This document shows positions 17,901 to 26,424 of a stretch of DNA of 32,000 nucleotides, piece after piece. The stretch's first letter is position 1. Each line of letters begins with the position of its first letter. The stretch is from Psychrobacter sp. DM4 (lineage in GTDB: Bacteria > Pseudomonadota > Gammaproteobacteria > Pseudomonadales > Moraxellaceae). The stretch lies in contig NZ_CP195536.1 in NCBI RefSeq assembly GCF_051307035.1, positions 780,001-812,000 on the forward strand, written 5' to 3'. The notes under the pieces were generated by a model. It did no database searches, was not told where the DNA came from, and was given only the letters and a program-made list of their open reading frames with translations. The translations under genes and the position numbers were made by a program.

Positions 17901-19178
17901 ATGTTTGATATAAATAATATAAAAATAGCAGTCATTGGTCTTGGTTATGTTGGTTTGCCGTTAGCCGTTGAATTTGGTAAGCAGTATCCAGTGATTGGTT
18001 TTGATATCAATGCAAGTCGTATTGCATCATTACAGGCAGGCAAAGATCATACGTTAGAGGTTAGTACAGAAGAGCTCTCTCAAGCGAAACATCTAAGCTA
18101 TAGCTCAGATATTCAATCACTAAAAGACTGTAATTTCTTTATTGTGACGGTTCCGACTCCTATCGATGACTATAAGCAGCCAGATCTCACACCTTTGATC
18201 AAAGCATCAGAAGCTATTGGTGGCTTGCTTAAGTCCAACGATATCGTAGTCTATGAATCAACAGTCTATCCTGGAGCAACAGAAGAGGTCTGCATCCCTG
18301 TATTAGAAAAAGTATCAGGCCTTACCTTTAACCAGGACTTTTATGCAGGCTACAGTCCAGAGCGTATTAACCCAGGCGACAAAGAACATCGAGTAACTAA
18401 TATACTTAAAGTGACGGCAGGCTCGACGCCACAAGTTGCTGATTTTGTGGATAAAGTATATAACTTGATTATTACCGCTGGTACACATAAAGCGCCCAGT
18501 ATTAAAGTAGCGGAAGCGGCAAAAGTTATCGAGAATACACAAAGAGACGTTAACATTGCTCTCATTAATGAGCTAGCGGTTATCTTTAATAAGATGGACA
18601 TAGATACCGAAGCAGTATTGACCGCTGCGGGCACTAAATGGAACTTTTTACCCTTTCGTCCAGGTTTAGTGGGTGGTCACTGTATTGGCGTAGATCCGTA
18701 TTATCTAACCCATAAAGCTCAAGCTATCGGCTATAACCCTGAGATTATATTAGCAGGACGTCGCCTAAATGATAGTATGGGTGAGTATGTCGTCACTCAA
18801 TTAGTCAAGACGATGATTAAGAAACGCATTCAGGTCGAAGGCGCTAGAGTGCTCATATTAGGACTAAGTTTTAAAGAAAACTGTCCTGATGTGCGTAATA
18901 CAAAGGTCATCGATATTGTCCATGAGTTAGAAGAGTACAATATCGAAGTCGATGTCTATGATCCTTGGATAGACAGTGGCGAAGCTGAGCGCGAATATAA
19001 TATTACCCCAGTTAAAATGCCCTCGTCCAATCATTACGATGGTATTATCCTTGCAGTCGCTCATAGTGAATTCGTTGATATGGGTGTTGAGCGTATTAGA
19101 AACTTTGGCAAAGACAGTCATGTTCTCTATGATTTAAAGTACGTCTTTGATAAAGACAAAACTGATATACGTCTATAA
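17901..19178 (+). CDS. tviB: UDP-N-acetyl-D-glucosamine 6-dehydrogenase (TviB/WbpO/Gna family)
   Basis: It has the Rossmann N-terminus [17 protein letters not shown], the catalytic-Cys block [11 protein letters not shown] and the UDP-sugar dehydrogenase C-terminal domain. It is paired with a TviC-like epimerase. Confidence 0.88.
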   Translation: MFDINNIKIAVIGLGYVGLPLAVEFGKQYPVIGFDINASRIASLQAGKDHTLEVSTEELSQAKHLSYSSDIQSLKDCNFFIVTVPTPIDDYKQPDLTPLIKASEAIGGLLKSNDIVVYESTVYPGATEEVCIPVLEKVSGLTFNQDFYAGYSPERINPGDKEHRVTNILKVTAGSTPQVADFVDKVYNLIITAGTHKAPSIKVAEAAKVIENTQRDVNIALINELAVIFNKMDIDTEAVLTAAGTKWNFLPFRPGLVGGHCIGVDPYYLTHKAQAIGYNPEIILAGRRLNDSMGEYVVTQLVKTMIKKRIQVEGARVLILGLSFKENCPDVRNTKVIDIVHELEEYNIEVDVYDPWIDSGEAEREYNITPVKMPSSNHYDGIILAVAHSEFVDMGVERIRNFGKDSHVLYDLKYVFDKDKTDIRL

Positions 19179-19203
19179 ACATCTACAGTCATACGGAAAA
19201 ACT

Positions 19204-20232
19204 ATGATATCGACAACTTACGATGAAGTTAAAGAAAAAATAACTGCTGAGCCAAAAACATGGTTAGTCACTGGAGTAGCCGGTTTTATAGGTTCTAATT
19301 TACTCGAGACCTTGTTACTACTGAATCAAAAAGTTGTTGGTCTAGATAACTTTGCTACTGGCTTTCAGCATAACTTAGATGAAGTGCAGTCGCTAGTTAG
19401 CACAGAGCAGTGGACAAGGTTTAATTTCATAGAAGGTGATATTCGTCAATTAGAGGACTGCCAAGCAGCTTGTGTGGGCGTAGATTATGTCTTACATCAA
19501 GCGGCGTTAGGTTCAGTACCACGCTCCATTGCTAATCCTATCGCTACTAATGACACTAATATTTCTGGTTTTTTGAATATGCTTGTTGCAGCTCGCGATG
19601 CTGAGGTTACAAGCTTCACTTATGCCGCTAGTAGTTCAACCTATGGCGATCACCCTGCACTACCCAAAGTAGAGGACACTATTGGCAATCCATTGTCCCC
19701 TTATGCGGTGACCAAATATGTTAACGAGCTATATGCAGATGTATTTGCCCGTACCTATAGCTTCAATACTATAGGGCTGCGTTATTTTAATATTTTTGGT
19801 AAACGTCAAACTCCTGACGGGGCTTATGCCGCAGTGATACCTAAATGGACAGCTGCTATGATTAACGGTGATGAAGTATTTATTAACGGTGATGGTGATA
19901 CTAGTCGTGACTTCAACTTTATCGAAAATGCAGTACAAGCTAATATATTAGCCGCGACTGCCGCTGACGAGGCCAAAAACGAAGTCTATAACGTCGCAGT
20001 TGGTGGTCGTACCACACTTAATACTTTATTTAATGCCCTGAAAGAGACACTTGGTAACAACAGTGTCAAATATAGTAAAGAAGCTATTCATAGAGACTTT
20101 AGGGAAGGGGATGTTCGTCACAGTCAGGCGGATATCAGCAAGATTCAAACGTTGCTAGGCTATGACCCTCAATTCAATATTGTTCAAGGTATTGAGAAAG
20201 CTATGCCTTGGTATGTTGAGTTTTTAGGTTGA
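19204..20232 (+). CDS. tviC: UDP-N-acetylglucosaminuronic acid C4-epimerase (TviC/WbpP-like SDR)
   Basis: The start is at ATG 19204 (MISTTYDEV). It has [14 protein letters not shown] (GxxGxxG) and the SDR catalytic motif SPYAVTKY (YxxxK). The track start at 19147 would overlap tviB. Confidence 0.82.
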   Translation: MISTTYDEVKEKITAEPKTWLVTGVAGFIGSNLLETLLLLNQKVVGLDNFATGFQHNLDEVQSLVSTEQWTRFNFIEGDIRQLEDCQAACVGVDYVLHQAALGSVPRSIANPIATNDTNISGFLNMLVAARDAEVTSFTYAASSSTYGDHPALPKVEDTIGNPLSPYAVTKYVNELYADVFARTYSFNTIGLRYFNIFGKRQTPDGAYAAVIPKWTAAMINGDEVFINGDGDTSRDFNFIENAVQANILAATAADEAKNEVYNVAVGGRTTLNTLFNALKETLGNNSVKYSKEAIHRDFREGDVRHSQADISKIQTLLGYDPQFNIVQGIEKAMPWYVEFLG

Positions 20233-20249
20233 TTATATAGTGAACTTAT

Positions 20250-22049
20250 ATGTTTAAAGTAATTAGGCAGCTTTTTTCATTGCTTTCAGATAAGCAAGTA
20301 AAGCAGTTTTACGTGTTGCAAGTGCTTGTCGTCATAATGGCGTTTACCGAATTGTTAGGCATCGCTTCTATAGCTCCATTTATGGCTTTAGTAGGAGACA
20401 TCAGTCTGATAGAAGGGACAGGCGTTTTTGCTAAATTGTACCAAATAACTGGTTTAACAGATCCAACAGATTTTCTATTTTACACAGGTATAGCAGTTCT
20501 ACTAGCTCTGACTATATCTACTTTAGTTTCTATGTATACTACTTGGCAGCTTTCTCTTTATGGTGCAAGTGTAGGAACTGAAATTGCTGATCGTCTCTAT
20601 TCGTATTATATGCGAGAAGATTGGCAATTTCATGCAAGTGGTAGCAGTGCTCAGCTAACCAAACAAGTATCTACTGAAGCTATGCGTATAACAGCTGGAA
20701 TCATACAACCACTAATGCGTATGAATTCCAAAATAGTTTTAGCAGCTATCATAGCTATAAGTATTATTATCTATAATCCCGTCACAGCTATAATAGGACT
20801 GTTGATTTTTGTGATAGCCTATGTTCTATTATTTAAGATAGTGCGCAAAACGTTAGTCAATAATGGGAAAAAACTATCACAAGTTTCAACTGATCGTTTT
20901 AGACTAATGAATGAAGGATTTGGTGGTATTAAGGATGTACTATTATTAGATCGTAGCTATGATTTTACTAAACGTTTTGAAGAGAGTGGTAGGATATACT
21001 CTCGTGCTTTAGGTGTGAATACAGCACTTGGCGCTGTACCACGTTATTTCATGGAGCTAATAGCTTTTGGATCCATGATAGGCTTGGTCTTGTTATTAAT
21101 AAAACTACATGAAGGTAATTTAGGTCAAGTGTTACCTATATTAGCTGTGTATGCATTGGCAGCTTTTAAATTATTGCCAGCTCTACAGCAAGTATATACG
21201 AGTTTGGCACAAATCAAAGGTAACATAGCCGCATTTGAAGCAGTCAAGGAGGATTTAACAAAATCTTTTAATAGCCTTAAGTCTACTGAAAATAAGACAG
21301 AACCACTACGTACACAGCTAAAGAATAACATTACTCTAAATAATATTCAGTTTAGCTATCCTGGAAAAGCGATACCAGCTGTAAATGGCGTAAGTATGAC
21401 TATTCCAGCTAACGGTGTCGTCGGTCTGGTTGGGTCTTCTGGCTCTGGAAAATCGACTTTAATAGATTTGTTGCTAGGGCTGCTTACGCCTCAAAGCGGT
21501 GAGTTGTATGTGGATGACACACTTATTACGACTGATAACAAGCGCGCATGGCAAGATACGTTAGGCTTTGTACCGCAAAGTATCTTTTTGAGTGAAGGAT
21601 CGATTGCTGAGAATATTGCTTTCGGTTTACCTATTGAAGATATTAATTTGGATCAAGTTTATAAGACGCTTAAACTTGCTCATCTTACAGAACTAGTCGA
21701 ACAGCTTCCTGATGGCGTCAATACTAAAGTAGGTGAACGAGGAGTGCAGCTATCAGGTGGTCAACGTCAACGCATTGGTATTGCACGTGCTCTATACCAT
21801 GAGGCAGATGTCTTGGTATTTGATGAGGCTACTAGTGCATTGGATGGCATTACAGAAAAAGTAATCATGGATGCTATACATGAGTTCAGCGGTGAAAAAA
21901 CAATAATTATGATCGCGCATCGATTAAAGACAGTGCAAAAATGTGACATCATTTATATCATGGAACATGGTAAAGTAATTGACCAAGGTACTTACAAGCA
22001 ACTTTTAAACAACAACCCTAAATTTAAAAAAATGGCGGAGCATGCTTAA
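20250..22049 (+). CDS. ABC exporter half-transporter (fused TMD-NBD, MsbA/PglK type)
   Basis: The 599-aa protein has an N-terminal six-helix-type membrane domain. The NBD carries Walker A GSSGSGKST, the signature LSGGQRQR, Walker B VLVFDEATSALD and an H-loop IAHRL. Confidence 0.88.
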   Translation: MFKVIRQLFSLLSDKQVKQFYVLQVLVVIMAFTELLGIASIAPFMALVGDISLIEGTGVFAKLYQITGLTDPTDFLFYTGIAVLLALTISTLVSMYTTWQLSLYGASVGTEIADRLYSYYMREDWQFHASGSSAQLTKQVSTEAMRITAGIIQPLMRMNSKIVLAAIIAISIIIYNPVTAIIGLLIFVIAYVLLFKIVRKTLVNNGKKLSQVSTDRFRLMNEGFGGIKDVLLLDRSYDFTKRFEESGRIYSRALGVNTALGAVPRYFMELIAFGSMIGLVLLLIKLHEGNLGQVLPILAVYALAAFKLLPALQQVYTSLAQIKGNIAAFEAVKEDLTKSFNSLKSTENKTEPLRTQLKNNITLNNIQFSYPGKAIPAVNGVSMTIPANGVVGLVGSSGSGKSTLIDLLLGLLTPQSGELYVDDTLITTDNKRAWQDTLGFVPQSIFLSEGSIAENIAFGLPIEDINLDQVYKTLKLAHLTELVEQLPDGVNTKVGERGVQLSGGQRQRIGIARALYHEADVLVFDEATSALDGITEKVIMDAIHEFSGEKTIIMIAHRLKTVQKCDIIYIMEHGKVIDQGTYKQLLNNNPKFKKMAEHA

Positions 22050-22050
22050 T

Positions 22051-23661
22051 ATGAATACTTTACTACTGGATTGTACTCTTCGAGATGGGGGTTATTATAA
22101 TTCTTGGGACTTTTCATCTGAGCTTATCAATGACTATCTTATTGCAATGCAGTCAGCAGGTATCAACATTGTAGAGCTAGGTCTAAGATCACTGCAAAAC
22201 AAAGGTTTCAAAGGTGCTTGTGCTTTCACAACTGATGATTTTTTACGTAGTTTGCCGCTACCAGATGATTTGATCATTGGTGTGATGGTTAATGGAAGTG
22301 AATTAGTGGGTGATATCCAGCAAAATGTGGTATTGGAGCAGTTGTTTCCAGTTCCATCCGAACAGTCACCAGTAGATTTAGTACGTATTGCATGTCATGT
22401 GTATGAATTTGAAAAGGCACTACCAGCCGTCACATGGTTAAAAGAAAAAGGTTACAAAGTCGGCTTCAATTTGATGCAAATAGCGGATTGTTCAGAACAA
22501 GAAGTAAAAAAATTAGCACGTTCGGCAGCCAGCTATCCTATGGATGTTTTATACTTTGCTGACAGTATGGGTGGTATGCAACCTGATCAAGCGGCTCAAA
22601 TTATTGGTTGGCTTCGTAGTGAATGGTCGGGTGCGTTGGGTATTCATACCCATGACAATCAAGGTTTAGCACTGTCGAATACTCTGCGAGCTATTAATGA
22701 AGGTGTTACCTGGGTAGATGCTACAGTAACTGGCATGGGCCGTGGGCCAGGAAATGCACTGACCGAACAGGTTGCTATAGAAGTAGCTGCTTATCGTAAA
22801 CAACCATTAAACTTAGTACCTTTAATGACACTAATTCGTAAATATTTTGGACCAATGAAAGAAGAGTGTGGTTGGGGTAGTAATCCCTATTACTATCTTT
22901 CTGGAAAATATAATATCCATCCTAGTTATATTCAAGAGATGTTGAGTGACTCTCGCTACGATGAAGAAGATTTACTAGCAGTGATTGAGCATTTACGTGT
23001 TGAGGGTGGTAAGAAATTTAGCCTTAATACCTTAGATGCTGCTCGTCATTTTTATCATGGTAAGCCGCAAGGTACATGGTCACCAACTAGTCTGTTTGTC
23101 GATCGAGATGTCTTACTGCTAGGTACAGGACCAGGTGTCGCTAAGCATCGTACTGTGCTAGAGCGCTATATTCGCAAGGAAAAACCTTTAGTACTAGCAT
23201 TGAATACTCAGAGTGAGATCGATGCTGAACTCATTGATTTGCGTGTAGCTTGTCATCCAGTACGTTTGTTAGCAGACTGTGAAGCTCATACTAAATTATC
23301 TCAACCATTAATCACACCATATTCGATGTTACCTAAAGATGTACAGCAAGCATTAGCAAATAAAGAGGTTCTAGACTTTGGTTTGAACGTGCAGGCTGAT
23401 ACTTTCGAGTTCAATGAAACTTACTGTACTACGCCAACATCCTTGGTAATGGCTTATGCCTTCGCAATAGCTACGGGTGGTAAAGCTAAGAGACTATTAC
23501 TAGCTGGGTTTGATGGGTATGAAGGTGAGGATCCACGTAATTTTGAAATGAATAAAGTCGTAAAGACATACACCAATAACGGTAATACAATTCCATTGAT
23601 TGCGATCCTACCTTCTCGTTATGATGTGAGTATTCAAAGCGTTTACGGAGTAGTTAAATGA
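22051..23661 (+). CDS. DRE-TIM metallolyase (HMGL-like aldolase) fused to an extra C-terminal domain of about 190 aa
   Basis: The N-terminal half carries LLDCTLRDGGY, GIHTHDNQGLALSN and VTGMGRGPGNALTE, the HMGL-like/DmpG/IPMS metal-site pattern. The C-terminal part (from about 23101) has LLLGTGPG and AIATGGKAKRLLLAGFDGY. I prefer the start at ATG 22051, where GGAG lies 10 nt upstream, over the track start at 22042. Confidence 0.75.
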   Translation: MNTLLLDCTLRDGGYYNSWDFSSELINDYLIAMQSAGINIVELGLRSLQNKGFKGACAFTTDDFLRSLPLPDDLIIGVMVNGSELVGDIQQNVVLEQLFPVPSEQSPVDLVRIACHVYEFEKALPAVTWLKEKGYKVGFNLMQIADCSEQEVKKLARSAASYPMDVLYFADSMGGMQPDQAAQIIGWLRSEWSGALGIHTHDNQGLALSNTLRAINEGVTWVDATVTGMGRGPGNALTEQVAIEVAAYRKQPLNLVPLMTLIRKYFGPMKEECGWGSNPYYYLSGKYNIHPSYIQEMLSDSRYDEEDLLAVIEHLRVEGGKKFSLNTLDAARHFYHGKPQGTWSPTSLFVDRDVLLLGTGPGVAKHRTVLERYIRKEKPLVLALNTQSEIDAELIDLRVACHPVRLLADCEAHTKLSQPLITPYSMLPKDVQQALANKEVLDFGLNVQADTFEFNETYCTTPTSLVMAYAFAIATGGKAKRLLLAGFDGYEGEDPRNFEMNKVVKTYTNNGNTIPLIAILPSRYDVSIQSVYGVVK

Positions 23662-24350
23662 CAGGAAAGATAACAGCTTTTCTGCCATGTAGAGCTGGCA
23701 GTGAGCGAGTACCACATAAAAATATTAAGCCCTTTTGTAACTACAATTTTGGTCTGATCGAAATTAAGCTAAAACAGCTTGATAGTGTAGAAGGAATTGA
23801 TGAGATTGTACTCTCAACTAACGATTATGATATTTTAGAGTATGCCAACACTCTTAAAATAGAAAAATTAAGAGTACATAAAAGAAACGAACAATTATCA
23901 TCGAGTCAAACCAGTACAGATCAGTTAGTGAATCATGCGTTACATCTGATACCACAAGGTAATATTTTATGGACACATGTTACCTCTCCTTTTATTACGA
24001 ATAAGCATTATGATGAAATTATCAGCTGCTATAAAAATAAAAAGGAAGATGGTTATGATTCATTAATGACAGTGACTGAATTGTATAGTTTTTTATGGCA
24101 GGATGGAAAACCACTAAACTATGATAGAAGTTTAGAGAAATGGCCAAGAACTCAAACAATTAAACCCGTCAATGAAGTAAACAGTGCTGTTTTTCTAGCG
24201 TCTAGTGAAGTATATAAAAAAAATAATGATCGAATTGGCAGTAATCCATATTTATACAAATTGAATAAAATTATTAGTCATGATATAGATTGGCCAGAAG
24301 ACTTCGTTATTGCTGAGTGTATGGTGGAAAAAGGGGTAGTTAGCTTATGA
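23658..24350 (+). CDS. Cytidylyltransferase of the acylneuraminate (CMP-NeuAc/CMP-Kdo synthetase-like) family; second copy in the locus
   Basis: The 230-aa protein has the N-terminal P-loop-like motif AFLPCRAGSERVPHKNIKPF (compare IPARGGSKRIPRKNI in the pseF gene) and LSTND. Its start overlaps the previous stop (ATGA). Confidence 0.78.
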   Translation: MTGKITAFLPCRAGSERVPHKNIKPFCNYNFGLIEIKLKQLDSVEGIDEIVLSTNDYDILEYANTLKIEKLRVHKRNEQLSSSQTSTDQLVNHALHLIPQGNILWTHVTSPFITNKHYDEIISCYKNKKEDGYDSLMTVTELYSFLWQDGKPLNYDRSLEKWPRTQTIKPVNEVNSAVFLASSEVYKKNNDRIGSNPYLYKLNKIISHDIDWPEDFVIAECMVEKGVVSL

Positions 24351-25024
24351 AGAAAAACTTATTAAGCTATCAGACTTTTGTTTTCGACTGTGATGGAGTG
24401 ATATTGAACTCCAATAAAATTAAAACAGAAGCTTTTTATCATTCAGCTTTAGCTTACGGTGAAACAGCGGCACAAGCATTAGTTAAATACCATATTGCAA
24501 ATGGTGGCATATCACGCTATAAGAAATTTGCTTATTTTTTAGATGAGATAGTTCCTACTTTAGTTTCAAAGGTATCTGAACCAAGCTTACATGAGCTATT
24601 AGAACGTTATACTGAGATAGTATTACATGGACTATTAGCCTGTGAAGTGGTAGAAGGGCTTGAAGAATTACGTAGCAAAACGTCTGATGCTAAGTGGTTG
24701 ATAGTTTCTGGTGGTGACCAAGCCGAACTGCGTTATGTTTTTAATGAAAGAGGGCTAGCGAAGTATTTCGATGGTGGTATATTTGGCAGCCCTAATAATA
24801 AAGATGAAATCCTTGAGCGTGAAATAGAAAACAGTAATATAGAGCATCCTGCTTTGTTTTTAGGTGATAGTAAGTATGATTATTTAGCTTCAGCAGGTGT
24901 TGGAATAGATTTTGTATTTTTAACGAGATGGACGGAAGTTGAAGATTATAAAGAATGGTGTGATATTTTTAATTTGACGAGTTTGCCAAATATTAATGAA
25001 CTAAATAAATTAAAGTCAGACTAA
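24347..25024 (+). CDS. HAD-superfamily hydrolase (phosphatase-like, subfamily IA type)
   Basis: Motif I is FVFDCDGVILNS (DxDG). There is a cap region, then motif II LIVSGG, and motifs III/IV ..K..(GDSKYD). Its start overlaps the previous stop (ATGA). Confidence 0.78.
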   Translation: MKKNLLSYQTFVFDCDGVILNSNKIKTEAFYHSALAYGETAAQALVKYHIANGGISRYKKFAYFLDEIVPTLVSKVSEPSLHELLERYTEIVLHGLLACEVVEGLEELRSKTSDAKWLIVSGGDQAELRYVFNERGLAKYFDGGIFGSPNNKDEILEREIENSNIEHPALFLGDSKYDYLASAGVGIDFVFLTRWTEVEDYKEWCDIFNLTSLPNINELNKLKSD

Positions 25025-25158
25025 TAAATCTTAATATCTCTTTAATTATAAAGAGAGAAAACTATTAAGTATTTTACTTCTTAAGATCAGTTGCAATTTT
25101 TTGTATTTGTAAGCAAGTTTTCCACAGTCGATTTTGGTTTTTTTTAGGTTATGATTGC

Positions 25159-26376
25159 ATGAAAAATTTTTTAGTTTATATAAACAATTCAGAAGGAGAG
25201 TTAGATTGGATCGCTCCTTTCGTACTGTACGAAGTTATGAGAGGTATAAAGTTTAGCTTTTACTTAGACAATGTTGGAAACGACCATACAGAAAAGTCTG
25301 AAATTTTAGAAAAGTATGGACTGGACAGTAATAATCTAATAAATAATGATATTCTTTTCGATAGGTTTGATACTTTTTTTTATAAAGTTGTCAATAAGCT
25401 TAGTTATATTGCCTCAGGCAATAACAAATTTAATTATACTTTTCCTGGCAGTAAAAGGCGCAACGATTTTTTCTACTTCCTTTTAAGACCATACCTTTTT
25501 ATAAAAAAGTCCTGCTATCGAAAAAAAATCGAGGAGTTTGATGTAATATTTAGAGACTATAATTTGAAGCCTTCGCTAGCACTATCTTACTATCTGAGCA
25601 CTAATAAAGATGCTTGTGTCGTTGTTTACCCTCACGCTATTGGTATTCAACCTAATACCAATAATAGGTTACCACCAGTTAAGGTAAAATGCGATTTATG
25701 GTTAGAAAATACTGAACTTTCTCTTCATGCCAAAGACGTCTATAAGAAAGAATTCTTTGTGTCTGGTCCTCCCGCATTGTCTGATGCAAGAGACAATTCC
25801 CTGTTTAAAAGTGATTCTAAAAACATCTTAATACTAACTAGGAATTGCAACGAGGAGTATGGATTTAATCTTGATGATGCACTACTATCGTTCGAACAGC
25901 TACTCAATAGTTTATCAAAATTAGGATTTAATATTGTAATAAAACACCATCCTAGAGATATCAATATTAGAAGATGGAGAGAAATTCAAGACAAGTATGA
26001 ACGAATAGAAGAGTTTGAAGATAGTTTGTCAAATCTAAATATTGTATTAAGAGTTTGTTTGACACTTTTCAGTACTGCAGGTATATACGTTTTAGCAAAA
26101 GGCGTACCTGTAATAGACTATTCTCCTTATAAAAGTTTTTCCGACTGTAAAAAAGTTTTACCCTTTCACTTTGATAGTAAGGATTTAAAAGTAGTCACAC
26201 ATCAACTTTGTTCTTTAGGAATTTATGAACAAGAGCAAAGTATACTAAAAATTATAGAAATTATTTCAGATAAAAACCAGTTAGCTAATATGTCAGATTC
26301 TCAGAAGAAAAAATTATACACCTACTATCCTACTAATGCTAATGAGGTAATTAGTAGTAAGTTAAGAGAAATTTAG
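25159..26376 (+). CDS. Orphan soluble protein, possibly a GT-B-type (sialyltransferase/TagF-like) transferase
   Basis: The 405-aa ORF is very AT-rich and has no TM segment. The C-terminal half contains ILILTRN.., VIKHHPRD and, 41 residues later, TLFSTAG. That arrangement resembles the HP ... S-S/T nucleotide-phosphate motifs of CMP/CDP-dependent GT-B transferases. The assignment is tentative. Confidence 0.45.
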   Translation: MKNFLVYINNSEGELDWIAPFVLYEVMRGIKFSFYLDNVGNDHTEKSEILEKYGLDSNNLINNDILFDRFDTFFYKVVNKLSYIASGNNKFNYTFPGSKRRNDFFYFLLRPYLFIKKSCYRKKIEEFDVIFRDYNLKPSLALSYYLSTNKDACVVVYPHAIGIQPNTNNRLPPVKVKCDLWLENTELSLHAKDVYKKEFFVSGPPALSDARDNSLFKSDSKNILILTRNCNEEYGFNLDDALLSFEQLLNSLSKLGFNIVIKHHPRDINIRRWREIQDKYERIEEFEDSLSNLNIVLRVCLTLFSTAGIYVLAKGVPVIDYSPYKSFSDCKKVLPFHFDSKDLKVVTHQLCSLGIYEQEQSILKIIEIISDKNQLANMSDSQKKKLYTYYPTNANEVISSKLREI

Positions 26377-26424
26377 CATTTATAGTCACATTGGTCGATC
26401 AATAAAATAAATACAGGTGAATAT

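Noticed and set aside
19147-19203. The track start of the tviC-like gene, overlapping the tviB end.
   Set aside because: ATG 19204 follows the tviB stop and leaves a normal distance to the GxxGxxG motif. The upstream codons are read out of the tviB 3' end.
25037-25056. An AT-only hairpin, TCTCTTTA-ATTA-TAAAGAGA, after the HAD gene.
   Set aside because: The stem is weak (A/T-rich) and is not followed by a T-run, so this is not a convincing intrinsic terminator.
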